A stretch of DNA of 63,682 nucleotides, the filler included, from Candidatus Zhuqueibacterota bacterium (GTDB lineage Bacteria; BS750m-G25): assembly GCA_016783505.1 (NCBI GenBank). It is 7 parts of 7 records of this genome, joined end to end, with 100 filler letters (N's around TTAATTAATTAA, not from the genome) between each part and the next. Parts side by side here need not be neighbours in the genome. Positions count along the whole stretch, not along the records: positions 38,616 to 47,691 come from JADHWK010000074.1; positions 47,792 to 56,800 come from JADHWK010000075.1; 5 more parts are not named here. One strand, 5' to 3'. Position 1 is the stretch's first letter; each line of letters begins with the position of its first letter. The position numbers and the translations under genes are program-made. Positions 40,561 through 51,598 of the stretch are shown in pieces. Under the pieces are notes generated by a model, which searched no databases, had not been told where the DNA came from, and saw nothing but the letters and a program-made list of their open reading frames with translations.

Positions 40561-41121
40561 ATGAAGACGCTTCGACTGATCGGCTCGCTGGCCTTCGTAC
40601 TCGGGCTTTTCACCGCGATCTTTGTCGGGATACCTTGGTACGTCTATCACGATCCCACTTTGTCCTGGTGGTTGAAGACTGCGATCTACTGCCTTATGGG
40701 TGGTATCCTGCTGGTCCTGCTGATGGTGGCCATCGAACAGCGGAAAGGCAAGGTCCCAAGAGAGGAACTTCTCCCCGATGAGTCCCGGCCTCGGATGTTG
40801 CTCCAGAACTCTACAGAAGTCCCTGGCCGTGAGATCACCGAGATGCTGGGTTTGGTCAAAGGACACACCATTTTTGCCATCTGGCTTGGAAAGGACCTCT
40901 CTGCCCTGGTAAGACTGGTTCTTGGCGGTGAGCTGACTGAGTACACGGAGATGATGGGACGTGCTCGCAAGGTAGCTACTGATCGGATGATGGCCCAGGC
41001 TGAGGAGCTGGGGGCTGACGCGATCATAAACGTCCGCTATATGACCACTAGCGTCATCGGCAGTGCCGCTGAACTTTTGGCTTATGGCACAGGCGTCAAA
41101 CTTAGCAGCACGGTCTCCTGA
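40561..41121 (+). CDS. YbjQ/UPF0145 family protein with N-terminal TM segments
   Basis: GGELTEYTEMM, LGADAIINVRY, ELLAYGTGV. Confidence 0.9.
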   Translation: MKTLRLIGSLAFVLGLFTAIFVGIPWYVYHDPTLSWWLKTAIYCLMGGILLVLLMVAIEQRKGKVPREELLPDESRPRMLLQNSTEVPGREITEMLGLVKGHTIFAIWLGKDLSALVRLVLGGELTEYTEMMGRARKVATDRMMAQAEELGADAIINVRYMTTSVIGSAAELLAYGTGVKLSSTVS

Positions 41122-41593
41122 ATGATGGTTGTGTTTTTCACAGTTTTTTTAGCGGCCTATTCCATTCGCCCAATTCCCGTCCCGGAACTTCGGGATCGGG
41201 ACTTTGCAAAAACCAGGAACGTTATGGGTCAGATGGTGTGTGACATTTGTGGCAAGGGCAAAAATTTGCTGGTAATTGAGGGCATTCTCATCAAAGGGAA
41301 TATAAAATGAAACCCTCATCCCGAATGTTCGGGACAAATGGGGATGAAAATACCCTTCTTTGTGTTCTCGGCGATCTTCGGGGTGATAGTATTTTCAGGA
41401 ACAATATAAAATCCCGAAATATTGGGATTAACTCCATAACTATCAAATTAATAGGAGGTTAAGGTCCGATAACTCCGAATGAGTCCGCAGTATCAGACTC
41501 CATCGGAGCGTAAGCCTTTTATAAAAAATCTGTGTAAATCGGTGTCATCCCTGCCTGCGGCAGGCAGGCGTTTTATCCGTGGTCTATTTTCAG

Positions 41594-42625
41594 ATGAAAA
41601 AACAAATCCCAGAACCTATCTCCGGGGGATTAATCCTTTCTTATAAATGTAATGCTGAGTGCCTGCATTGTATGTACGCATGTTCTCCAAAATGGGGAGG
41701 GGATTGGATTTCAGAAGAAGATTTGCGGAAGATTTTGATGCAGTTAGCCGGTAAAATAAAACCCAGTCCATATGGCCCTGAAACAATCAGTTTAAACCAT
41801 GGTCTCCATTTTACCGGCGGGGAACCCTTTTTAAATTATGAATTATTGTGTAAAGCGGTGGGGATTGCTCACGAATTAAAGATTCCCTCAACTTTTGTAG
41901 AAACAAACTGCTACTGGTGCGTTAATGACGAATTAACCAGGGATAAACTGCAGCTTCTAAAAGAAAGGGGATTGAATGGTATTTTGATTTCTGTCAACCC
42001 ATTTTTTCTAGAATACGTGCCTTTTGAAAGAACTGAAAGATGTATTAGAATCAGCCAGGGAGTATTCGGTGAAAATCTGATGGTTTATCAATTAGAATAT
42101 TATAGACGATTTAAAGAGTTGGGAATCAAAGATAGGGTTTCAATTAAAGATTATCTTAATCTCGAGAAGAGAGGGGATTTTATAAAGAATGTGGAATTTT
42201 TTTGGATGGGAAGAGCCGCCTATAAATTAGGACGGAAGCTGGGAAAGAATTTCCACCAATATCCTGCTGACTACTTTTTTAACAAGCCGTGCATGCCATC
42301 ATTTCTAAGAAACTGGCATAACCACTTTGATAATTATGGGAATTATATACCAGGATATTGTGGGGGGATCTCCCTGGGGGATTGCCGGAATTTGGACAGA
42401 TTATTAATAGAAGGAATAAGATCAGAAGAATATCCCGTATTGAATTTTTTAATGGACGAGGATTTGGGAGGACTTTTCCAATTTGCCAAAGACCTTGGTT
42501 ACCGGGAATCTCAAGAGGGCTATTTCTCAAAATGCCATCTTTGCACGGATATTCGAAAACATCTTGTTGTTAAGAAGGATTTTGAAGAACTAAACCCGAA
42601 GGAATTTTATTTGCATTTAGAGTAG
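41594..42625 (+). CDS. Radical SAM protein
   Basis: CNAECLHC, FTGGEP, ETNCYW, C-terminal CHLC. Confidence 0.9.
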   Translation: MKKQIPEPISGGLILSYKCNAECLHCMYACSPKWGGDWISEEDLRKILMQLAGKIKPSPYGPETISLNHGLHFTGGEPFLNYELLCKAVGIAHELKIPSTFVETNCYWCVNDELTRDKLQLLKERGLNGILISVNPFFLEYVPFERTERCIRISQGVFGENLMVYQLEYYRRFKELGIKDRVSIKDYLNLEKRGDFIKNVEFFWMGRAAYKLGRKLGKNFHQYPADYFFNKPCMPSFLRNWHNHFDNYGNYIPGYCGGISLGDCRNLDRLLIEGIRSEEYPVLNFLMDEDLGGLFQFAKDLGYRESQEGYFSKCHLCTDIRKHLVVKKDFEELNPKEFYLHLE

Positions 42626-42655
42626 GAAAAAAATCAAGACAAGGCCCCGAAGTTT

Positions 42656-42700
42656 TTGCCTTTTTTATTGTTGCTTTTCTGGAAAAAATTAATTATTTTA
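42656..42700 (+). promoter_or_regulatory. 45-bp duplicated promoter (identical copy at 45271-45315 before priA)
   Basis: TTGCCTTTTTTATTGTTGCTTTTCTGGAAAAAATTAATTATTTTA; contains TTGCTT-17-TATTTT. Confidence 0.8.
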
Positions 42701-42729
42701 GGGCAAAAAGGTTTAAAGGAGGATGAACA

Positions 42730-44925
42730 ATGGAAAGCAGAATTAACAAATCGCTCCGGGTTAAAAAGGCTCATTTACTCTTGACTTCGCTCAAGAGGGG
42801 ATTTTTCACACCGTTCCTGCTCAGCATAATCTTGGCCGGATGTTTCAGGCTGGCCCAGGTGCAGAAATTCACCTATCCGGTCGCCCGAACGGATGATGTG
42901 ATTGAGGATTATCACGGCACCAGAGTAGCCGATCCCTACCGCTGGCTGGAAGACCCGGATGCACCAGAGATGCAGGCCTGGGTGGAGGCGCAGAATAGGC
43001 TTACGTTTGCCTATCTTGAAGCGATCCCTGCCCGTGAGAAAATAAAAGGACGGCTAACCGAGTTATGGAATTATCCCAAATATTCCGTGCCGAGAAAAGA
43101 AGGGAATCGCTACTTTTTTTCCAAGAACGATGGTCTCCAGAATCAATCCGTGCTCTACATGCAGAAAAGTTTAGATGCCAAACCGGTAATGGTCATTGAT
43201 CCCAACAAATTCAGCGAAGATGGCACGGTGGCGCTGACCAATAAGGCTTTCAGCAGAGATGGGACACTGCTGGCTTACGGCCTCTCGTCCTCCGGCAGTG
43301 ATTGGCAGGAGATCAAAATTCGTGACGTTTATTCGGTCGAAGATTATGAAGAGGTGATCAAGTGGTGCAAGTTTACCGAAATCGCCTGGAAGCATGATAA
43401 TTCGGGCTTCTATTATAACCGCTTCCCAGAGCCGGGCACAGTTCCTGAGGAGGATCGTAACAATTATAATAGGGTCTACTGGCATCAACTGGGCACGCCG
43501 CAGTCAGAGGACCCGCTCGTCTACGAGCGGCCGGACGCCAAAGAATTGGGATTTGATCCCATTATTACCGAGGACGGGAAACATCTTTTGCTGTATGTTT
43601 ATCACGGCACCGATCCCAAAAATCGTATCTATTATCGCAAAGTTGAAAGCGAGGGGCCTTTCGTTCGACTGCTGGATGAGGCCGACGCCCGCTACGATCC
43701 CATAGATAACATCGGTTCCGTCTTCTATTTCCATACGGATCTGTATGCCCCCCGGGGTCGCGTGATTGCCATTGACATAAAAAATCCGGCCATGGAGGAT
43801 TGGCGAGAAATTATCCCCCAGCAGGATGATGTGATCTCGTCTGTCACCATGGTTAACAACCAGTTTGTGGTGGCTTACATGCACGATGCACACCATCAAC
43901 TGAAATTATACGACCTTGACGGCACCTTTGTGCACCGGATAGAACTGCCAACCCTTGGTTCCATCGCCGACCTTTCCGGCAGGAGGGAGGATACCGAGAT
44001 GTTTTTCGCCTTTGCCTCCTTTCTTTATCCCACCAGCATTTTCCGATACGATTTTATAGCCGGTCAGCTTACCCAGCTTTATGGTTCGGAAATTAATTTT
44101 GATCCCTCTGGTTATGAGACCAAACAGGTGTTCTACAGCTCCAAAGATGGCACGCGGGTGCCCATGTTCATCACCCACAGGAAAGGGCTTACTCTTGATG
44201 GAAACAACCCCACACTACTCTATGGGTACGGTGGGTTTAACATCAGCATTACCCCGCGCTTTTCGACCCCATGTCTGATCTGGTTAGAGAATGGGGGTGT
44301 ATATGCCGTTGCCAATCTGCGGGGCGGTGATGAATACGGCGAAGCCTGGCATCAGTCCGGGATGCTGGACAAAAAACAAAATGTCTTCGATGACTTTATT
44401 GCCGCCGCCGAATGGCTTATCGAAAACGAATATACCAACCCCTCTAAACTGGCTATAAATGGTGGGAGCAATGGCGGCCTGCTGGTGGCTGCGTGTATGC
44501 TGCAGCGCCCGGAATTATTCGGTGCCGTTATATGCCGAGTGCCGGTTACCGATATGCTGCGGTATCACAAATTTACCGTCGGACGTTATTGGGTTCCGGA
44601 ATATGGCAATGCAGAGACAAATCCAGATCACTTCAAATTTCTCTATGCCTACTCGCCGTTGCACAATGTCAAGAAAGGGGTGGTATATCCCCCGATACTG
44701 GTGACCACAGCGGATACCGATGATCGGGTTGCACCCTTACATGCAAAAAAATTTACCGCAACCTTGCAAGCAGCGGCTACTGGGGAAAATCCTATTTTGC
44801 TGCGGGTGGAGACGAAAGCCGGACACGGCCGCGGTAAACCGACCTCAAAGGTTATTGATGAACAGAGTGATATTTATGCCTTTCTGTTCAAAATATTTGG
44901 CATGGGGAGTATTGATACGGAATGA
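42730..44925 (+). CDS. Prolyl oligopeptidase (S9A)
   Basis: DPYRWLE, GYGGF, GGSNGG, DDRV, AGHG. Confidence 0.96.
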   Translation: MESRINKSLRVKKAHLLLTSLKRGFFTPFLLSIILAGCFRLAQVQKFTYPVARTDDVIEDYHGTRVADPYRWLEDPDAPEMQAWVEAQNRLTFAYLEAIPAREKIKGRLTELWNYPKYSVPRKEGNRYFFSKNDGLQNQSVLYMQKSLDAKPVMVIDPNKFSEDGTVALTNKAFSRDGTLLAYGLSSSGSDWQEIKIRDVYSVEDYEEVIKWCKFTEIAWKHDNSGFYYNRFPEPGTVPEEDRNNYNRVYWHQLGTPQSEDPLVYERPDAKELGFDPIITEDGKHLLLYVYHGTDPKNRIYYRKVESEGPFVRLLDEADARYDPIDNIGSVFYFHTDLYAPRGRVIAIDIKNPAMEDWREIIPQQDDVISSVTMVNNQFVVAYMHDAHHQLKLYDLDGTFVHRIELPTLGSIADLSGRREDTEMFFAFASFLYPTSIFRYDFIAGQLTQLYGSEINFDPSGYETKQVFYSSKDGTRVPMFITHRKGLTLDGNNPTLLYGYGGFNISITPRFSTPCLIWLENGGVYAVANLRGGDEYGEAWHQSGMLDKKQNVFDDFIAAAEWLIENEYTNPSKLAINGGSNGGLLVAACMLQRPELFGAVICRVPVTDMLRYHKFTVGRYWVPEYGNAETNPDHFKFLYAYSPLHNVKKGVVYPPILVTTADTDDRVAPLHAKKFTATLQAAATGENPILLRVETKAGHGRGKPTSKVIDEQSDIYAFLFKIFGMGSIDTE

Positions 44926-45060
44926 CATGTACTCAGAGCATTGGTCTAAGATTAACAAATATGGAGTGCGTCCCGAGCCTTCGGGACGCTTAAAGTGACA
45001 TCCCGATTGATCGGGACAGGCTGGTCACTTTACTCCAAAAAAACAACATGTTTGGAAGAC

Positions 45061-45200
45061 AAGAAGATAGTGGTTTTGAGGTAAGATCAAAGTTAAAATT
45101 AACAATGCAAAATTAGCAAGACAAAGTGGACAACAAAGTAAAAATGATTTTGAAATTGCTAGTTGCTAATTGCTGATTTTACATTTTACATTAAATCTTT
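45061..45200 (+). repeat. Diverged copy of the CTD tail and downstream intergenic sequence at 38900-39065
   Basis: AAGAAGAT(A/G)GTGGTTTTGAGGTAA...ATGCAAAATTAG...TTGCTAATTGCT is shared. Confidence 0.8.
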
Positions 45201-45216
45201 TCATATCAATCGGCCT

Positions 45217-45252
45217 AAAAAGCCCCAGTAGTTAAGAGTCGGGGCTTTTTTA
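45217..45252 (+). terminator. Rho-independent terminator
   Basis: AAAAAGCCCC...GGGGCTTTTTT. Confidence 0.65.
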
Positions 45253-45337
45253 TAGGCAAGGCTTCTGTCCTTGCCTTTTTTATTGTTGCTTTTCTGGAAA
45301 AAATTAATTATTTTAAGGTGAATGGTCTGGGGTAAAG

Positions 45338-47691
45338 GTGGTCCGTAGGACTAAAAATTTTGCCGAGGTGGTTTTTCCCATCGCCAAGGATCAATCCTTC
45401 ACCTACCGGGTGCCGGATGAGCTCCGGGACAGGATTGCTGAGGGATTTCGGGTGCTGGTGCCCTTCGGACGAAAGAAGACAACGGGGTTTGTAGTGGGGT
45501 TCTGTAGTCAGTGTCGGCTGAAGACCGTCAAACCCGTCGAAGACCTCCTGGATGATACCCCCGCCTTTTCACCGGAGATCCTGCAACTGACCCGCTGGAT
45601 TTCCGAATATTATCTATGCTCCTGGGGTGAGGTGCTGAAGGCGGCCCTGCCGGTGGGGATTAACCTGGAAAGCCAATTCCTGATCCGATCCCGGGAACCA
45701 TATTCTTCGGCGGTGGTGGAAAAGCTTCGAAAACAAAACCCCAAAAAGTCTCGCATATTTGAGGAGATCTCCCTTCGGGGCCCGGCCACCATGGCGGGGT
45801 TGAGAAGGAGGTTAAGAATAAGCAATGTGTCCTATTATGTCAACTGGTTGGTCGAAGAGGGATACTTAGTGGTCTTCAGCCGGATGTCCAAGCCCCGGGT
45901 CAGGGTCAAATATGAGACGGTGATAACCCTCGAAGCCGGTTATGATCGCTGGCTGCTGGAAAAGAAGGCCGAGGAACTGGAAGAGCGGGCGCCGAAGCAG
46001 GCTGAGGTCCTCCGAATAATCCTACAGGAAGGTGAAATCAGCCGGGCCGACCTTTCGAGATTGGTGCCCAACGCCGGGGGAGCCTTAAAATCGCTGGTGG
46101 ATAAAAAGGTTCTTTCCCTGGGAAAAAGGGAGGTCATGAGGCTACCCCCCGAGGATGAGCCCGAGGGGGGAGTAAAGACTATTATCCTCAACGAAGAACA
46201 AAAGGACAGTCTGCTGAAGATCGCCCGGGAGATCGAGGCGGAACACCCCGGGGTCTTTTTGCTCCATGGGGTTACCGGCAGCGGGAAGACCCAGGTCTAT
46301 ATCGAGGCCTGTGCCGAGGTTTTAAGAAGGGGCCGCACTGCTATCGTTTTGGTGCCCGAGATCTCGCTTACCCCCCAGATCGTCCGCCGGTTCCGGGGCT
46401 ATTTCGGGGACTTGGTGGGAGTGCAGCACTCCCGGCTATCGGTGGGCGAGCGCTATGACGCCTGGAGGAAGATCAAGGAAGGGAACTATCGGGTGGTGGT
46501 CGGGGCCCGGTCAGCGGTCTTCGCCCCGCTTAAAAATCTGGGCTTGATCGCCTTGGACGAGGAGCAGGACGGCAATTTTAAGCAGGAGGAGCCCAACCCC
46601 CGCTACAATGCCCGGGAGGTGGCCTTAAAAAGGGCGGAGCTGAATGGAGCTGTCTGTATCCTGGGGTCGGCTACCCCCAGTATCGAATCTAACTACCACG
46701 CCTCCCGGGGGCATTACCAGCTCCTGACCCTCACCGAGCGGATAGATCAGGTTCCCCTACCGATGGTGACCCTGGTGGACATGATCCAGGAGAGGAAAAA
46801 AGGTCGCCTGAAGCCGGACTCGGTCTTCTCACAAACCTTAGTAGATAAGATGGCGGCGAAGCTGAAGCAGGGGGAACAGATCATACTCCTCCAGAACCGG
46901 CGGGGCTTCTCGACGTTCATCAAATGTCGGGAATGCGGGCATGTGGAAACTTGCGTTAACTGCGACATCAGCCTCACCTATCACCGCAGGGACCGCAAGC
47001 TCCGCTGCCATTACTGCGGTTACGAAAGGCCGGCCCCAACGGCCTGCCCGATCTGCGGGGGGGGGGATATCCGCTTCCGGGGCACGGGCACCCAGCGGGT
47101 AGAAGCGGAACTGGCCTCCCTTTTCCCTAGGGCCAGGGTGGTGCGTATGGACCTGGATACCACCCTGGGAAAGGGCGCTCATCTACGGATATTGAGGGAT
47201 TTTTCCCATCGGAAATTTGACATCCTGCTGGGCACTCAGATGGTGGCCAAGGGACACGACTTCCCCCGGGTGACCTTAGTGGGGGTAATCTCCGCCGACA
47301 CCGAACTGATGTTTCCCGACTTCCGTGCCGGGGAGCGCACCTTTCAACTGCTTATTCAGGCCGCCGGGCGCTCGGGACGGAGCCCCCTGGGGGGGGAGGT
47401 GGTGGTGCAGACCTATTCCCCCCAGAATGAGATTCTGGAAAAGGCCGAACTCCACTACTATGAGGGATTTTACCGGGATGAGATCGAAGACCGCAGGGGG
47501 TTGGGTTACCCCCCCCTCGGCCGGCTGATCCGGATCGGCTTTCACGGAAGAAAGGAAAAAACGGTCCGGGAGCGGGCCGGGGCCTTTGCTGATTTATTAA
47601 GGGAACAAGGGGGTCCCTTTGAGGTCCTGGGTCCGGCTCCCTCCCCCCTGCTGAGGATTAAAAACATGTATCGCTATCAGATCATCTTGAA
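45338..47691 (+). CDS. priA: Primosomal protein N' (3'-truncated)
   Basis: GVTGSGKT, LVPEISLT, DEEQD, four CxxC, GTQMVAKG.DFP. Confidence 0.97.
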
Positions 47692-47791
47692 NNNNNNNNN
47701 NNNNNNNNNNNNNNNNNNNNNNNNNNNNNNNNNNNTTAATTAATTAANNNNNNNNNNNNNNNNNNNNNNNNNNNNNNNNNNNNNNNNNNNN
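47692..47791. other. Artificial contig spacer
   Basis: N-run with linker. Confidence 0.99.
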
Positions 47792-48227
47792 GTTCGCCCC
47801 ACAGGACTTCACCCAGAAACTGTTTCAGGGCTGCCATTTTCAGGGGACCCCGCCAGATGACCGGCATATCGGGGTGGCCTATCAAGGAGGCCATGGAGAT
47901 CGCCCACAGGTTGGGACCCGCCAGTATCGGCGCCATTCCCTGGGGAGTTACCGGCAGTCTTTTCCCCTCAAATCCCAACATCTTGGCCACCGAGGGACCG
48001 TGAATATCCGCATCCATTATTCCCACCTTCGTCCCGTTTCTACTCAGGACAGCAGCCAAATTTACTGCTACCAATGACTTGCCCACCCCGCCTTTGTTAG
48101 AGAGCACCAGTATCTTATGCTTGATCTTGGCCATATTCTCTTTAAGCTTTCGGTCTAATTCTAAACGTGCCCTCTGGCGGTTAGCCAGGGTTTCTTTCTG
48201 GTTGCCGCTCCTATCGTATCCCGACAT
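47792..48227 (-). CDS. Mrp/NBP35 (ApbC) ATPase, 3'-truncated
   Basis: [23 protein letters not shown]. Confidence 0.92.
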
Positions 48228-48449
48228 TTGTTACTTCCTCCCTAATTTGCCTGGTATCCTGCAATAACTTGAAGACTCCCTTCTGCTCTTATTCGATAAA
48301 AATAAACCCGTCCATACGGATCCGTCTGGATAAACGGGTAACTCTTGGAGAATGACGGAGTTACCCCGAAACTTCGGGGTTTATAATTTTTTATATAACC
48401 GTATATTTACCAAAATGTCAATATTATCAAGCCAATTTTTTGCACCAAT

Positions 48450-49403
48450 TTAATTTGAGGTTTGGTCCGTATGTTTTTTTATCGAAAAATATATGCGCCG
48501 ATTATGCCTTTGGAAATGGACAACTTTGTCCTTCTGCAATAGATTCAGTTGTTTTAGCAATTCGTTTGGGTTGGCGTCAAGAGCCGCTGCGAGGTCATCT
48601 ACCGTGCAGGGCCTTCTCTTTAAAAGTCCCATGATCTCGGTACGCAGGGGAGAACGGTACACCCCGGCAGTGCTTTTATCATAATCGGCAATGATTTCTA
48701 CCGGCCCATTAAATAATCTTTTAACCTTTTCCATACGTTCTTTTTTTAACTGCCCAACAAAATCCTCCGCCGGCGGCCGCACTGCGGTGTTAAGTTGAAC
48801 CCTATCGGGATTGATTGGAGTAATCAAGGATTGAATGCTTTCGATCTCCTTTGTCTGAATGTTGACCCCGTCTAGGAGGAAAACCTCAAGCCACACCTCC
48901 CCCGAATATTTCGACCGGAAGTCGGCCAGTCCATCAGTCACGGTTTTCAGATTTAAATCGGGATGGGGTCTGTTGATGTATCGAAATAGGGATTCCGTGC
49001 CGGCATCAAGGGAAGGAATAATCAGGTCGGCGGGAAGAAGATCCTCCTGCACTCCCTTCTGGGAGAGAAGGGAGCCGTTGGTAAGGACCGCCACCGGAAT
49101 GTTCGTTATCGCCTTTACCGCCGGTATCAATTTGCCCAGATTTTTATTTAACGTGGGTTCGCCGGAACCTGCAAAGGTGATATAATCTACGGAAACGTTC
49201 GAATCTAATACCCGTTTAATTTCCCCTAAAATCTCAGGGACGGAAAACCAGGATTTTCTGTGGATGGTTTTTTGGGTGGTACGCCCGAGCTGACAGTAGA
49301 CGCAGTCGTAGCTACACCATTTGAAAGGTACGATGTCTATCCCCAGGGAATTTCCCAGTCTCCGGGAGGGGACGGGACCGTAGACATATTTAAAATTTTT
49401 CAT
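48450..49403 (-). CDS. Radical SAM protein with C-terminal HTH-like tail
   Basis: YGPVPSRRLG.SLG, CSYDCVYC, GSGEPT. Confidence 0.92.
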   Translation of the reverse strand: MKNFKYVYGPVPSRRLGNSLGIDIVPFKWCSYDCVYCQLGRTTQKTIHRKSWFSVPEILGEIKRVLDSNVSVDYITFAGSGEPTLNKNLGKLIPAVKAITNIPVAVLTNGSLLSQKGVQEDLLPADLIIPSLDAGTESLFRYINRPHPDLNLKTVTDGLADFRSKYSGEVWLEVFLLDGVNIQTKEIESIQSLITPINPDRVQLNTAVRPPAEDFVGQLKKERMEKVKRLFNGPVEIIADYDKSTAGVYRSPLRTEIMGLLKRRPCTVDDLAAALDANPNELLKQLNLLQKDKVVHFQRHNRRIYFSIKKHTDQTSN

Positions 49404-49434
49404 ATCGTTAGACCTTTTTGATGAAACATTAGAA

Positions 49435-49515
49435 AAATGGAATTATGGAATAGTGGAATATTGGCGTGTAAAAAGGTTTTCTATTCTCCATTACTCCAAT
49501 ATTCCATTATTCCAA
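49435..49515. repeat. Inverted array of 8-bp units (TGGAATAN / NTATTCCA)
   Basis: TGGAATTA TGGAATAG TGGAATAT ... CCATTACT CCAATATT CCATTATT CCA. Confidence 0.7.
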
Positions 49516-49649
49516 CGCTCGACTAATTTAAATTCTATTTTTTGCTTCAAGGTTGTACCTTGAAGCATTAAAGAACACCTTCAGGTTATACCGCAGCAGT
49601 AATAAATAATTTTTTCAAGGTTCAACCTTGAAAGAACAGAAATATCGGA

Positions 49650-50111
49650 CTATATATTTCTATATGCTCGTTTCCAGGGCTCCCTTTTGGACGCCAAATA
49701 ATCCAAAATGGCCTTGAGCAGGGTGCCCGCCGCCAGCTCGGCACAATGGCGATCTGATTCGGGAAGACCACCAAGGTGATCTAAAACATATTTGGTATTT
49801 ATCTTTAGTGCTTCATGGACGTCCTTTCCCTTAGCCAGTTCCGTGGCCATACTCCCGGAGGCAATGGTGGTGCCGCAGCCATCGGTCATGAACTTAGCAT
49901 CCGCAATTCTATCATCACTTATTCTGAGATATATCTCAATTGTATCCTCGCAGCTTCCGGTTAACTTTCCGTGTCCTTCGGCCCCCTCAATTTTACCCAC
50001 ATTTCTGGGATGTAAGAAATGATCTATTACTACCTCAGAGTATACCTTCCGCATCTCTTTCATAATGGATCGGTCCAACTCATTAACCATCTGATCAAAA
50101 TCCGATGACAT
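49650..50111 (-). CDS. NifU/IscU-type Fe-S scaffold
   Basis: DHFLHPRN.G, GSCED, DGCG, HCA; AAGGAG RBS before ATG 50111. Confidence 0.92.
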   Translation of the reverse strand: MSSDFDQMVNELDRSIMKEMRKVYSEVVIDHFLHPRNVGKIEGAEGHGKLTGSCEDTIEIYLRISDDRIADAKFMTDGCGTTIASGSMATELAKGKDVHEALKINTKYVLDHLGGLPESDRHCAELAAGTLLKAILDYLASKREPWKRAYRNI

Positions 50112-50242
50112 CTCTGCTATGCTCCTTATTCGATTCTCCCCGAATTCCAGTAAAATGGATTGCAATCCCGAAGTTTCGGGATTGCAAATGCAAAAGCAGG
50201 GCTTTTGCACTCCAACTTTATGAAGTTTGGTAAAGTTTAGTT

Positions 50243-50875
50243 TTAAGTTGTCTCCTCTTTAGTGATAAGAATGGGGAAGATAATATCAGATGTGCAGCAG
50301 GGGATTATTACTGCCAGGGTCATATAGATAAAAACGGCGCCGATCTGGTGGATCCACTCCACCATTCCAAAAGAGACCAGATAGAGAATAGAAGCCATAG
50401 AACTCACCAGAACATGGGCCGAATGGGAGAAGATGGTGGTCTGAATACTGGTAGGCATGGTGAGACCGATCAAGACCCCAGCGGCCACGAAGGGCAAGAT
50501 GATCTGCGGATGTTCGATGATACAGATATGCAAGTGCATCTTGACCCCGAGAAGGAATCCGGAAATATAAGGTATTATAATGTCACTGAGTCCGCATATT
50601 AGTACTGCCCCAACAATACCAACGATCACTGATTTTATTAATTTTCTCTCATGTCGCCAGAACATGGCGGTGGTAGCAATGGAAGAGAAGAGTATATGAA
50701 TAGGATGGAAGACATGGAATAGTCCCTGCGAGGGGATGGAAAAATCCTTCGTGGTTACTAAATTGGCGATGAACGTAAGTATCCCCAGCATTATAAGCCC
50801 GGAAGTGACACTGAAACCGGTGTAAGGGAGATGGGCCTTTAACTCTGTCGCTAAGTGATGAATTTTACCCTTCAT
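50243..50875 (-). CDS. His/Cys-rich multi-pass membrane protein of unknown function
   Basis: FHVFHPIH, CGLSD, HLHICIIEHP, SHSAH, PCCTSD within about six TM segments. Confidence 0.75.
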   Translation of the reverse strand: MKGKIHHLATELKAHLPYTGFSVTSGLIMLGILTFIANLVTTKDFSIPSQGLFHVFHPIHILFSSIATTAMFWRHERKLIKSVIVGIVGAVLICGLSDIIIPYISGFLLGVKMHLHICIIEHPQIILPFVAAGVLIGLTMPTSIQTTIFSHSAHVLVSSMASILYLVSFGMVEWIHQIGAVFIYMTLAVIIPCCTSDIIFPILITKEETT

Positions 50876-51516
50876 TTTATCCTCACCAGAATTCCTAGAA
50901 AAGCCCCAAAGGGGTTTTTAGTCATAATAGGGGGTAGGGTGCCCTGCCAGTTCACCTTTAAGCTACGATCAATCTTTTTGATCATTCTTTTTAGTTCAAA
51001 TATACTGTAAAACCTTGCCTGGTTATAGATCGAATCTGTGAATTTCCCTTTAAGCCTTCGCTTCAGGGCGAGTAGTGAATAGCGATTTAAAACACCCAAT
51101 AGGACCTGCTCCCGGGCGACCCGGATCATCTCTGATAGGGCCTTCATGGGTTTAGCCACAAATTCCAGGGTGGTAATCATGGCTGCCATCTGGAAAGTTT
51201 TATCATTAAAGGGAAGGTTCTCGGCAAAACCCTGACAGAGCCTGGTTTCTGATTTAAGCTTTTCCCGGGCGATTTTGAGCATGTGGGGAGAATTGTCTAT
51301 GCCGTAGACGGCTAAATCTAGTTCCTTAAACCAGACCAGATGGTGTCCTGTGCCACAGCCGATGTCCAGTAAAGATTGACCGGGACTTATCGTCATTAAT
51401 CTTAGCATTAGCTCCTTTTCCTGTTTGTCGGCATACCGACCCGCCGGGGTCTTAAACCACCGATCATAATTTTCTGCTACCTTTTGATTGAACACTCTCA
51501 TCTGCTTGGTGCTCAC
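50872..51516 (-). CDS. Class I SAM-dependent methyltransferase
   Basis: LLDIGCGTG, AENLPF. Confidence 0.9.
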   Translation of the reverse strand: MSTKQMRVFNQKVAENYDRWFKTPAGRYADKQEKELMLRLMTISPGQSLLDIGCGTGHHLVWFKELDLAVYGIDNSPHMLKIAREKLKSETRLCQGFAENLPFNDKTFQMAAMITTLEFVAKPMKALSEMIRVAREQVLLGVLNRYSLLALKRRLKGKFTDSIYNQARFYSIFELKRMIKKIDRSLKVNWQGTLPPIMTKNPFGAFLGILVRIK

Positions 51517-51598
51517 TGTAGAATTTCTTGACTAGCGCCTTATTTTCTATATACAATTCAACTGCCTTTTAATTTAAAAATTTATATTTTTCCATATT

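Noticed and set aside
50112-50210. Cys-containing N-terminal extension of NifU
   Set aside because: Runs through a palindromic repeat; the RBS supports ATG 50111.
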